Positions 1 through 12,010 of a stretch of 32,280 bases of DNA are shown here, piece after piece. A program made the position numbers and the translations under genes. Position 1 is the first letter of the stretch; each line of letters starts with the position of its first letter. The notes beneath the pieces are model-generated. The model was not told the origin of the DNA and ran no database searches. It saw nothing but the letters and a program-made list of their open reading frames with translations. This DNA comes from Sphacelaria rigidula (lineage: Eukaryota), in assembly GCA_964200075.2 (NCBI GenBank), contig CAXNAA020000040.1, positions 1-32,280 of the forward strand, given 5' to 3'.

Positions 1-1366
1 GGAAGAGTTTGAATGCACAAACGATTAAAAGCCCATAACGGACTTTACTTATGGGACAGAGGAAGTACAAGGGCATATAAAACCCGATGCCTCGTAAACA
101 TGAGCACCGTTTGCCCTCACACAAAAATACTCCGTCTATCACGTGATGTCATCATTCTCAACGATTGACGCAAGAGCCTCCTTATCGCGGGTTATGGCGG
201 AAATACGAATAAGGCGGGCGGTTTTGGCCGTTCCTACGCCACTTAAATGCGGGTCCACCACCATAATACCGACTGACTGCATGCACAAACTTCATGGTGC
301 GTACTGTACCTGTACCGTATACGGTATGCGCTGTACTTTGATGTAGTGGTTTCATGGTACGTCGCTTACGGGGAGCAACATAGCAGCAACGCAGCAGTAA
401 CGCCGATGAGCGCGGTAAGTGCTGTAAGCGTGTTCGTAATGGCAGTCATGGTGCGAACCACACACGCACGCTGCGTACTCTCAACACGTGCAAAACTGTA
501 AGATCTAGTACGCTCCAGACGGTACGTGGAGCCGCGGCACAAAACATTACAGACGACAGACTGCTGTGCACAATTATGAGGCGTAATAGTAGTACTTCAG
601 ACTCCACACCACTACTGCACTGTCTGCAGGCGCCTGTGTTATGACTTCGACAAGTATGTGCCTTATATGCACCCCCGGGCCCTTCCACTGTAGAGTAGGT
701 GTTGTGTGTGGTGACAAAGGAATGATTCTGAACGCAAAAATTGTCATAGTCCAACTCAGTCCACCGGCGGGGGGGTCGCTGTATGAGAGTTAGCCGGGAT
801 GTAGATTTCACCGTTTTCTCTCCGTAGTGGTGGAACCTCTTGTTTGAACCAAGCAATGGTATCAGGGAGTTCGATCTAATATAGTTTATTCAATAACCAC
901 AAAATTATGCTCAGGCTTGTTATTCGATAAAGCTAGGGAGGGTATTCAATGTAGTTGATTTACGAACAGAAGGCAGAAGCATGAGCGGGAAACTGCGGGG
1001 CATTCAGGTATTCTAGGAATATCATTGAGAAGTTTCCTTGTGGTCGAACAACGGCATTTTTTTTCCCCCGCGAGTTTCTATATCTTGGGGACTGTGAGCG
1101 TATCTGGTTGTGGATCTAGCGCCGACAGTAGATTTTGAATCGTAGGCAATCGAGACAGGGTAGTGCTGTACGCCCTACTCTCTCACCCGTCTCCCTCGCC
1201 TCTCTGCACACAATTTACTAAGTGGGGATAGGAATAAAAAAGACTTGAAACATATCTTCATCTTCTTCTCACTTACTGCAAGAGGGCATTCATCTGTTTG
1301 AGTACACAGCAAGGGGCTGTTGCTGCTACAAGGTCATCGAATATACACGATCATTCGAAGACGGAC

Positions 1367-2004
1367 AACCCACGGTATAGAGTCTGGCGTACACCAGAAC
1401 AGACAACATCATGGCGACTGTACTATGCTCTTCGGTCATCTTGAGTTTATCGGTACCGCCATGTGTGCCGCGCCGTCTCTACAGCTTCAGCGTTGTTCCT
1501 TGGGAAGGTATGGAGCACGTGTCACCCCCAGGGTGGGTCATCTGTTGCTTCGGCATAATTTTCACTTGAAGAATGAGGGAAAGTGTACCGACAGTACGGT
1601 ACTGACGACAGTATAGGTAGACGAAGACAAACAACAACGCACAGGACAGTACGATACTGTACAGTACACTAGAGTTTTGTCTTCGTCTCTCTCCCTCCCT
1701 CGCTGCGTTCCTTTGCTTTGTCTACGGATATCATCAAAGGATCAGATTCCACCAAGTTTCCGGAGAGCCTCAACTGGGTCTTGAATTCATTTTTCAAATG
1801 AAAATTATGCCGAAGCAACAAATGACCAACCCTGGGGGTGACACATGCTCCATACCTTCCCGACAAACAACGCTGAAGCTGTAGAGACGGCACGGCGCAC
1901 ATGGCGGTACCAATACCCTCGACACAACCAACAAACAGAAGAGCATAGTGCAGTCTCCATGATGTTGTCGGTTATACTACGCACCACGCTCTATACTCTG
2001 GGTT
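1367..2004. repeat. Inverted duplication: arms ~1367-1576 and ~1787-2004
   Basis: The arms are reverse complements (e.g. gtcacccccagggtgggtcatctgttgcttcggcataattttca vs tgaaaattatgccgaagcaacaaatgaccaaccctgggggtgac); mirrored ORFs 1320+ and 1669-. Confidence 0.9.
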
Positions 2005-4149
2005 CTTTCTCTGTGCGCCTGGGTACACAAAGCGGCAGCATTTTTCTCTTCGTGATGTGTCGGAGCGTGTCATACATGGATAAGAGTCAAGCGAGCATAG
2101 AATTTCAAGCTTTGATACTTGGAATAACACAGCACCTTTTCATTTTTGGCAGTGAAAGGTCACGGATAAAAAGAAGTCGGCCAAGCGACAAGTAGCGAGA
2201 TAAAAGAAACCATTATGTCATTGTACTGCACCGTACTATACTGTACTGTACTTTGCATTGGTTATGCTGACCCCGACTGGCAGTTCGGTAGGTATTGACG
2301 CTCCAAATGGAACACATTGAAAAACTATTTGAATAATTTTCCGAGGTTTCCCCGCCCTTTATCGGATTCCGGGGGTCCAGGCGTGGGTGGAGACCCCCTG
2401 AACCCGGTACAGAATGCCTTGAAGCAAAAACACAAAATTGTACGCGTCCTGGTAGTCCAAGGAACAATTGTACAAATTGTCGCGAAGCTCAAGAACCTGA
2501 TGCAGTTTTCTCGTTTTCGGGTCAAATTACGCTCTATATTGAAATCAAGTAGTTAGGAGTTCGTACCTTTCGACCTCAGTTAATCTAAAAAAGCGAAGAT
2601 GTTCACGCCGATTCTAGAGTTGGGCCCTGAAACTTTGCACACATATACTGTGGAACATGAAAACAAATCATGGAGGTCTCTCGAATTTTGTTACGCCAGT
2701 TATCGGGGGTACGAAGAAGAAAGGTAATTCTCCCCAAACCCCCCCAAAACCCAGGGACCCCCGATAACTGGCGAAATTGTGAATCCATATTGCGAACCTG
2801 ACACGCCGTATAGTTCTGTCCAGAACCGCGGTACTCCCTGGTTCTATCCACAGGAAAATTTGAGCCATGAGGAAGATTCTTCGGGTTGTCGGCCAGACCG
2901 CTCTTGGAGATAAATGCTATAAAAAGCCATGCAGTCACGGAGCTATGTATTCGCTCCGGGCTCAAGGCCATCACACACGACACCACCCAGCACATCCAAA
3001 AAGTTTTCCTGGTTTGTGGTCTGTCTCCCTTGTCCGAGACGAGATGCGAGGCTACCCGTTCGCTCCCCGTCCCACTCCGGTGTTCCTCCCACACCCATCT
3101 GTCAAGCTCTCCCGAGCGCTGTCCGCAACGCACCGTCGTAGCTCAATAGACAGAGCAACCTGTCTGCCCAGAGAGACAGCGGCTCATGACCCTGCGTCGG
3201 TTGCTCACCGTGTACAATCCTTGAAATATAGAAAAACATTGCTTTGAAGGCTGGTCTTCGGACGGGTCGCTTGGCCAGCGGAAGGACATGTTCGTACACG
3301 GTCCTTATACTGCATGTGTACTACGGTACAACGAAACGTTACAAGAAAGGAAAATATATGTACATATCCACATAGATGGATCATAGTACAAGATTTGAGC
3401 TGGAACCACCCCCGTAGTAGACACAGTCCACACGAGCGGCGAGGCCGGCACGAAGGAGTACTGGTGCGACACGCGGCACCGGTGGGAAGCTGTGTTCAAG
3501 GCGGGAGCGTCGGTGCTATTTTGACTAGAAAGACGACAGTTTCCTGCGTTCGGTTTGATGAATAGCGACGCTCTGTATTGGTGCCTTGCAGGCACAATGG
3601 TACGCCAATCGGTGGGGGCCACGCTGGATGAACTGGATCTCTACTATTTAATACGCGTCCGGGGTAGCCCATGGTGTGTAGAGTCCATTTGGAAAGGAAC
3701 TTTCTCGATCGCTTTTGCCTAAACATATAACGACACAGGTCTCTGCATGCATGCCTTGTGGAAAAGTTGGACGGCATGAAATTGGAGAACTGTCCAATGG
3801 GCTTCATGAACTTCAGTATGAAACGCTGTAATGCACTGTAGTGTAGTAGTAGTGTACTGTAGTGTTCTGGACAGACTCTGTGTGTTGTCCTCGTAACTAT
3901 TTTGGACGCCAGTGTACGCAGTTCAGTATTTGAGGGCGCATCAGCCGGGGTCACACAGCAAGTACTGTAGTGTACTTTGTTCTTCTGTTTCGTGTTGTTC
4001 TGTCCTGTCCTGTACTGTATACTTTAGTGCACAGTCCAGTACGGTGTACTGTTGTGTACGATCCCGTACCGTTGTGCATAGTGCTGTACACCGTGCTGAT
4101 TGTTAAAACTTTCATGGCACGGTCGCTGACCGACAGGCAGGTAGATCAC

Positions 4150-5448
4150 ACTCGCCAACATCGACGCCCCCTCGGCTGTACCACGCGTTGTACCCGGCAC
4201 CGTCTTCCTTGAAAAGCATCGCCTGTGCTGTACAGTCTGCAGGAATGTATCACGATTGCTGATCAATGTCACGTTCCTCTGTTCGAACACACATCCAGCG
4301 GATCAGGCAATTAGCAGCGAGGTTGCGCCAGTACACGCATTGCTTAGGCAGCGAATGCATCGAGCCTGTACGCTTAGGACCGCGGTATGTGATGGTGATA
4401 CAGCTTCATGGGGTGGTCAACAATGTCCGCGTGTACCGACAGTCATCGCACGTTTAAGCGGGGTGCCCCCCGCACATGGTGTACACCATTGCCTAAGGAT
4501 GTTTCCGTCCCTTCGTCTTGGCCTACATTTTGTTCATCTTGGTTTTCTTGGTTAATATATTCTTATTCTATATCCCCCAATCCACTGCTGGGGTGGGGGC
4601 TCGTTCCTCGACTCCTCGAGGGGTGATGGGCGAGAGAAGACGTGGCGAGTGTTGCGACACCCGATCAGCTGAGCCAAAACTACAGTTGTACGGGGTTTTT
4701 TGTCACTGCTGTTTCTTTTTTTGCACAACCTCTCGTACCGAAAACCACACGAATGGGCATGCCAATCTAGTTGATTATATTTAATTTTCTGGGTCCCCGG
4801 CAGCACGCCATAATAATCAGGGGATGCATGCGGGTGCTGATGTCATTTGTGAAAGCTTTTTTGCCCCGCATATCTCCAATGTCCTGCAGCAAGTGCTTCG
4901 TTCCGGTTGAGTTTATTGCACCGCGTACGTCTATGTTGCAACCACGGCTGCATTCGTAGCGGATTAGCGACTGTGAGACCAGCAATCGATCACGTCACTG
5001 CGGCTTCACTCGTCACTGCGCTGCTTATCCGCGGGTGTGTGAGCATGAACACGCTCTCGGTGAGGCAGGCGACGCCATCACGAGTGACCATGTTGTCCTC
5101 AACTTGTGCGAGTATGCGTGCATCGACACCACGGGCAAGATCAAACGTCTTTTGTGCGGGTGGCGCGGCCCTGTGGGGGCGGAGGGGCACAAGTGCAAGC
5201 GCAATTGCACGTGCGCAAAGTCAGGGAAGGGTTGTCATACATTGTGGGTATGTGGGTGCAAGGGGCGGTGGGCCTCAAGTATCGATTCACAATGTGGTTC
5301 AGTCACTGAAGGATTAGGGGTACGCGTAGGGGATTAATACGAGCCTGGGGAGTAACAGAAGCGGCGCACCAGTGGCGGGGCGAGCGATTTCGAAGATTCG
5401 GAGTCTGATTACAGCACCTCCTCGGACACATATTCTGATTCCGGCTGA
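4150..5448 (+). pseudogene. Decayed reading frame ending in a Cys-rich (Cys8-like) finger and acidic tail; Academ-like transposon C-terminus
   Basis: One frame 4771-5448 is broken by three stops (4957, 5335, 5353). It encodes LLCGWRG...KCKRNCTCAKSGKGCHTLWVCGCKGRW then SDFEDSESDYSTSSDTYSDSG*. Upstream SSVRTHIQRIRQLAARLRQ resembles the 'L..HI.R...Q...W' helix preceding this finger. The family call is from memory only. Confidence 0.4.
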
Positions 5449-6590
5449 GACAGGAGTTGGGACGTTGTGAACCGATATCTGCAACAGGTTATCGTGGCGT
5501 GATAATGTGGAAGTCGCCCTCAGGTGACGGCTATTGTAAGCGGCAGGACAGCATGTGTTGGAATCTTGGATCGTATCACTTCTGCAGAATCAACATTCAA
5601 GCAATTGGCGCGGATCTGTCATACTGCACGAAGTAGGAACTTTGAAACTATATATCGGAAGCATTTGCAACGCTTGTAACATATTGTGTTCGCGCGTACG
5701 CTGATCACCAGTGTGCTTCTTTTGGTTTTGTTGATGGTGTTTTGTTCTTGGCAGCACTTGCTATATTCGAAGCACTTCCGATCAATTTGTGGCTTTTTCG
5801 GTGCAGACACCCGGTCTCCCCGTTGGCTCGCTCGGTATCCTCGATACCTTCCGACGGTTGGGACGTGGGTTCGAATCTCGGTGAAGTCACACGATCTGGG
5901 ATTTTTTCTCATATTCGACTTCACGGTGGACGAGGCAAAGAGACCGCTGAACCCTTCTCGCGATAGAAAGTAAGGCAAGCACCAAAGAAGAAGGGTGGAA
6001 TGCTAAAACAAAATAAAATATATAACTCCTGTGTTGGTCTTCCTCCTGTGTGACCCCGGCTGATACGCCCACATATACGGAATGGTGTAGACTGGCGCCT
6101 AGAATAGATGGGATGACAACACACACAACACACAGAGACCCCCCCCCCCGCCCTGACTTAAGGTCTCTAGTATATGTCGAATATGCCCCTTTTTATTTGT
6201 TGCCCGCTCCATTACATTATTTTGCGCCGTTTCTGCTCCCTGAGATTGCCCAGTTATGCTCTTCCGGCGCTAATAACGTCGACTTCGCAGCGACATTTAC
6301 TTGTTTGTACTTGACGACTTCACCGTCTTGACAAAAAACATATGCGTTCCGTGTACTCATGTGCCATCTTACGTGCTCAACATGAGAAATTCATGGCTTG
6401 GGATGGACGGTACCCCCCTGCCCCCCGGTAGAAGGAGAGGGCTCCCACGTTTTAGGAATGAGAAGAGAAGGGAAATTGGAACGAACAAAACGATGCGTGC
6501 GCAATATCGCGTTGTCGTGTGTCCATTCTATGTTTTTTCCACCTTCTGTTTTTTTCCCCTACATTTCTTCTCCGTACCTGTCGCTTTTTA

Positions 6591-7381
6591 GGGGTATTAC
6601 TGTCGAGGCTATTTTTTCTCCCTGAGGCCGCTCCTTATAGCAGACAAAAATATTCATCTGTAAAAGTGCCTTTTTGGAGCTTCTAAGTCATTTTACGCCC
6701 TAAAAGAGTGCTAGGCGGATATTGACACCTTGGAATGACTTGCGGTACTCGTTCAGACGGTTCCAGCACGCCTGTGCGATTTTCCGGTTGCCGCAGTTTC
6801 TTTCTTGCCCAGACTTGCATTTTTCTCGGAGATCGCTCATTTTTCTCGGAAACCGGTCAACTGCATAAAAACTTCGCATATTTCTGTGGACTTGACCGAT
6901 CTCCGAGAAAAATGGGCGATCTCCGAGAAAAACGCAAGGCTGGACAAGAAAGAAACTGCGGCAACCGGAAAAACGCACAGGCGTGCTGGAACCGTTCGAA
7001 CGAGTACCGCAAGTCATTCCAAGGTGTCAAAATCCGCCTAGCTCTCTTTTAGGGCGTGAAACGACCCAGAAGCTTTAAAAAGGCACTTTTCCAGATGTAT
7101 ATTCTTGTCTGCTACAAGGAGCGGCGTGAGGGGCTATTATTTTCCTGAAATATTTCCTGATATCTCAGAATTTTTTGGAAAATACTTGTTTTGCGAAATA
7201 TGTGATGGCCGATTTCTCAACCAGGTCGGGCAATGTATCGATAGAAGACTAACCACAACTTCTCCCGGAAATCTAGCGGCGGGTTTATTTTTCGGCAGTA
7301 AATGTTCGGGCAAAGTCGGAAAAATTTCACAGTTTCGGGAAATTTCCAATGAAGCAGCAAAAATTGCCTCAATAAGAACCC
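6591..7381. mobile_element. Old Tourist/PIF-Harbinger-like MITE interrupted by the palindromic element
   Basis: TTA on both flanks (6588-6590, 7382-7384); degenerate TIRs ggggtattactgtcgaggctattttt / aaaaattgcctcaataagaaccc; body homologous to 8599-8853. Confidence 0.6.
6620..7132. mobile_element. 513-bp near-perfect palindromic (fold-back) MITE
   Basis: Symmetric about 6876 with essentially no loop; mirrored ORFs 6735+ and 6700-; imperfect flanking direct repeat gctattttttct / gctattattttc. Confidence 0.9.
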
Positions 7382-7809
7382 TTACACGGTAGTATCCTCT
7401 TGATTACGCTTACTCTGTGGTGAGGACGCCCGTATTTTTTCTCGCTGATTTGTGTTGATTGTGCTTCTTTTACATATTGTTGCCAGATTACCTGGATGTC
7501 CCAACACTGTATTTTCTTACCCTCCCGCTGAATCTCATTGGCAATAATGTGTGCGTTACAACTTTTCAAGGGGGCAACGGCACATACCCAACACGATGCC
7601 CTCACGTTTGCCCTACTACCCCAAGGTATTACTCCATGAGGCATCAACGGAACACGACTCACGCTCGTTCGGTCCTTCGCCTGTTCGTCTCATACCCACC
7701 GTGGGTACTGCGTTTTTCCTCAGGTGCGCACAGATGTTAGCGAGGTCGGGGGTGAACTATGAGGTCAGAAAGGCTGGGGATAACCCGGGACGACGGGCGT
7801 ATCCACCAC

Positions 7810-7827
7810 AGGGTTAGGGTTAGGGTT
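7810..7827 (+). repeat. Short interstitial telomere-like (TTAGGG) repeat
   Basis: agggttagggttagggtt. Confidence 0.6.
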
Positions 7828-8598
7828 GAGGTTTTGTGGACGGTGCCTGACGTCGTTTCAGTTCTGCAAGAAGACATTTGCTACATTGGTGGCACTGCCC
7901 GCGGTTGAGGCTTTCGTGAGCGTGCTTTCCTGTCGCGTGCTTCGATTCAAAGGTGGAAACGATCGAAGGCTACCGACCGACGCCGGAGTATTGTCGGTGG
8001 TGCTGTCGGCGCTTGATCTTGTTTCGCTGTTCGATTGGAGGATAGAAAGTGTTAGGGAAAGTTTAGAGAATGGTGTGTGAAAAGCTCCAGAGTTTCGACA
8101 GTGAAAACAGCAGTATGCCGCGGGATATATACTTCAAGACGAACATTTTCCGCGGGACGCCCGCCATGCCGTTCTTGCCACGAGTACAGAGTGGTATACC
8201 GTGCGATTATCCACTTATATATGAACTCCCCGTGTCAGGTAGTAATGGAAACCCCCCGCTGAAGGAAGAGAGCCTGGGCTTTTGGGCCTTAACGCTCGGC
8301 CCCATGATTGGTGAGTCGCTGAGCACGATGTATTTTGCGCAAAAGTTCAGCTACCGAACGTCTTCCGACGACAACACCGCAGAGGGAAACTGATTATTGG
8401 CATGCCCTCGCTTGCGGGCAAGACTCAAAATGAGATGCCTTTCCTGCGGATTTGTTACATGCAACAGTCGTATCGGCACACGTCGCCTCTTTGTAATATT
8501 TGCTCCGCAGTGAACAGCCGCCGGCGCGGCGCACGCGGCAATGTGAATACCGAACTTTTGGCCATCATGAAGGATATTATTGTTTCAGTAGAAAGGAA

Positions 8599-8853
8599 AG
8601 GGTATTGCAAACGGGACTTGATTTCAGGTTTTGCACCTTTTGCCAAGCAATTGGTGCTTTGTTAGACTTCTCCGACATAAAGCTTCCTGAAAGTAAAAAT
8701 CCGGCGATTTCCGGACTAATCTGTCCCTAGTCTGATATGTATCCATCACCTGACCTGGCGAAGAAATCTGTCACATATTTCGGACAGGAAATTATTTTCC
8801 CAAAAATTTCCGACATGTCGTCTCAAATAAAAGTCCCGCCGATTATGCCCCCC
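8599..8853 (-). mobile_element. Diverged inverted, uninterrupted copy of the 6591-7381 MITE family
   Basis: gatttccgg...tagtct...gacctgg..gaaatc..tcacatatttcg...tattttcc aligns to the reverse complement of 7160-7320; degenerate TIRs agggtattgcaaacgggactt / aagtcccgccgattatgcccc. Confidence 0.6.
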
Positions 8854-10395
8854 TGTCTACTTTGGGCTGGCTCCAGCAAGAATCCTATCCTACGGTTATT
8901 ATATGCGGGCATTCATTTATAATTACTCATTTTATTTCGGTGCAGGACTGTAATGCCCGTAAGACCTAATATTTCCGAGATCGCTATCGCAGTCGCTGGC
9001 GATGGCCACTGGTCACACATGGGGCAGCCGTGGTTACTTCTTACACTAGCCCATAAAAATTGACCTTCTGTGAACCTCGGAAGCGCTTTGTTCTCTGGTA
9101 AAAGTCTCACAAAATATTTGACCCAATAGTTCGAAATGTCCCCAATAAAATTGCCACAAGAGCAAAAAACAAGTGCGTTCGTTAACCCTGACATCTTCAC
9201 AGGAACGACTGCATCGACAAGTTGACGCACACCCGCACTGGCGCGTCATGTCGCATCTGCACGACACCTCGGTCTACAACATACATCGCTGTCGACACCA
9301 TTGAGACCGCAAGGCATCGGAGGGCCATGTACCGAACCCTACCCCGCTACGCGCTCACGGGCCCTGCTGCACTTTTGGTCCCGATCGATGCCAGGCTGCC
9401 GAAGAGGTGTGGATACGACGCGAGTATGTATCTTTCCACAGTTCACTACTGGAGTTTCACACTTTTTTTCAACAGCAACTTCACTTGTGGATTTCTCCAC
9501 CGTGACTGGATGAACTGCCGTGAAACTTGGCGCAATAGTCAGATACAACGCAGACAGTTTGTCCACCGACTGGGGACACGCTCCGGTCTGCCTGAATAAA
9601 TAACGAAGCGACTACGGATTGTGGGCAATGCCATCGTTACGCCCTCACACGGCCTCCCCGCAGCCCAAACTGCGTGTACCGTGAACGAATGCATACCTTG
9701 ACACGCTGATGCGCTAAATTCTATATCATGAGCTGCTGGGCGGCTTCTGCGCTGGCGAATAAACATTGATCTGTACTGGGACACCCTGTGGATGGCATTG
9801 TGTACAGAACCCATTCACATCGCCTGTGGACATGCTCAGTTCGTGAAGCACAGCCGTATGCGCGCTGTCGGCGCTGCAATGCGCTGAACCTTCGCCCACA
9901 TGTCATGAAAATTGCTCACGTCAGACAGGTCAGCTCCCTATAGCTCGAGCTAGCTCTTTTCAAGCGTAGCTCCCTAGTGAGCTATGAGAGCGACATGAGC
10001 TACGCATGTTTTTCCTGGAGTGAGCTGTGAGAGCTGTATGAGCTACGCATGTTTACCGTACGTGAGCTACCAACCCGTAGCTCATCCTCTCATATTCGTC
10101 CTGGGTGAGCTATGGGGGCTGTATGAGTTACGCACGTTCGCGATAGGTGAGCTACCAACCCGTAGCTCATCCGCTCAGATTCGTTCTGGGTGAGCTATGA
10201 GAGCTGCATGAGCTACGCATGTTTACCGTACGCGAGCTACTAACCCATAGTTCATCAGCTCATATTCCCTCTGAGTGAGCTATGACAGCTGCATGAGTTA
10301 CGCATGTTTGTCCCGGATGAGCTATGAGAGATGCATGAGCTACACATGTTTGCCCTGGATGAGCTATGAGAGCTATGAGAGCTACGATTGCTCAT

Positions 10396-10502
10396 CCCTT
10401 TGACCGCGAGGGTAGGAGGTCTCTGAATCGACATCATTCACACCCAAAACAATAAGTGAATTATGCTGATTTATCAGATTACCTACCCTCGCGGTCAAAG
10501 GG
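10396..10502. mobile_element. 107-bp piggyBac-like mini-MITE
   Basis: Perfect 21-bp TIRs ccctttgaccgcgagggtagg (10396-10416) / cctaccctcgcggtcaaaggg (10482-10502); CCCTTT termini; flanks tcat / ctaa (TTAA-like). Confidence 0.7.
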
Positions 10503-10506
10503 CTAA

Positions 10507-10606
10507 CTCCTTGACGGCGAGCATACGTCATCTGTTGAATCGGCTCCAACTTCACTTGAAAAACGTATGCATGACCAGATGGACTCGTACCCTCGCGGCC
10601 CACGGA
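10507..10606. mobile_element. Degenerate tandem second copy of the mini-MITE family
   Basis: ctccttgacggcgagcatac ... gtaccctcgcggcccacgga; flanks ctaa / tcaa. Confidence 0.45.
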
Positions 10607-12010
10607 TCAAAAGAAATGAATCGGTCGATTATTGTAGACTGAATATCAAGACGTATTTTAACCATCCGACCATGCGAACGAGGATATGTGTTGGCTTCTT
10701 TTCTTCCTATCGCAAAGAGTAAGGCAAAACATCACAACCTAATAATATGTGCCGCCATCGTTCGAACCGTTCGAACAAGAACGTTCCACCATAGGCAACA
10801 CGGGGTTGGCCAGCGGCGAGATAGGCATATGGCGTGAGTGAGCCACGACCATGTGTCCCTGGGGTGAGCTACCGGGCATAGCTCATCCGCTCATGTTTTC
10901 CCCGGGTGAGCTACAAGAGCTGCGTGAGCTACACATGTTTGCCTTGGGTGAGCTATCGAGCGTAGCTCATCCGCACATGCTTTCCCTGGGTGAGCTGTGA
11001 GAGCTAAATGAGCTGCACACGTTTGCCCTGGGTGAGCTATGGGAGCTGTATGAGCTACGCATGTTTACGATAGGTGAGCTACCAACCCGTAGCTCATCAG
11101 CTCATATTCGCCCTGAGTGAGCTATGAGAGCTGAATGAGCTTTGCATGTTCGCCGTGGGTGAGCTATGAGAGCTGCATGAGTTACGCATGTTTGCCGCGG
11201 GTGAGCTACCAACTCGTGGCTCATCAGCGCACGTTTACCTTGTGTTGAGCTATCGGACGTAGCTCACATGTACAGGTTTGACTACAAGTGAGCTACCGCC
11301 CGCAGATGAGCTAGCTCATGAGCTGTCCTACGTGTGGAAAATTGCAACAAGGCTACGTCGCTGAATCCGGGGTTGCGCGTTGTACCAGTGCGCAGCGGGG
11401 CGAAAAGGTAAGATTTTGTTCCGTTTTTGCTCGTTTTCTTGCCCAAGACTGAAGTATAACTACCGCTGTATAGACAGTCTGTGCTGCCGTGCCCGGTCTT
11501 GACAGGACAGGCAATGCAGAACAGAAGTGGGGATACGACCAACTGTCTGTATTTTACTGTTGTGTACTCTGGTCGACAAACCTGCGGAGTAATTGACATG
11601 TGCAGAAACCATGTGTCTGTCTGTCTTTTAGATGATGAAGCTTGTTCGACTGGAGCGAATTGCAACACACATAACCGGCGCCATCTCCTGACTGCTGTTA
11701 TGCGGCACCTGGCCAAATGCACCTCAGCAGCAGGGCCACTGGAAATGATAACTGCTGCTGTTTGTGCTGCTACTGTTGTAAGGGACAACTACATCGTTAG
11801 CGTGTTCAACCACACATTACAAGCGAAGTACTGCGGTACATACTCAGAGGTTAGAGACCACATATTCTGCGATATGCTGTCACTAGGGTGTGCGCTTGCA
11901 AACAGCGACGAGGTGGTAGGTCATACTGTCGGGTAAGGCTACATTGCAAATGGACCAGTGAAACTGGTTTGGAAGTCGATACATGTATCGAGCCCCAAGG
12001 ATTAACTTAC

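Larger units (their letters stand above)
9926..11330. repeat. GAGCTA-rich tandem array (~42-43 bp subunits, 85-bp higher-order unit) in two blocks (9926-10395, ~10835-11330), possibly a hAT-like non-autonomous element
   Basis: Repeated tgagctatgagagctgcatgagctacgcatgttt and GAGCTAC-n-GTAGCTC modules at 10064, 10149, 10234 (85-bp spacing); ends aggtcagctc / gagctgtcct are inverted. Confidence 0.8.

Noticed and set aside
1277..1325. Possible - strand exon (tag acceptor, gtaagt donor at 1276-1271) as PTPA exon 2
   Set aside because: No frame gives the expected hydrophobic 'Y..(I/Y)..FI..L...V.G' continuation, and the phase-0 frame hits a stop.
2886..3149. QHIQKVFLVCGLSPL, faintly like a pogo/Fot1 transposase C-terminal motif
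   Set aside because: Too short, and no upstream DDE motifs were recognisable.
3830..4095. (tactg/tagtg)n-like stretches, also at 300-345, 1585-1670 and 2220-2250
   Set aside because: Degenerate low-complexity microsatellite with no further structure.
6700..7052. Twin 105-aa ORFs on opposite strands
   Set aside because: A by-product of the palindrome; no protein motif.
9926..11330. CRISPR-like palindromic repeats
   Set aside because: The intervening sequences are themselves repeats; there are no unique spacers.
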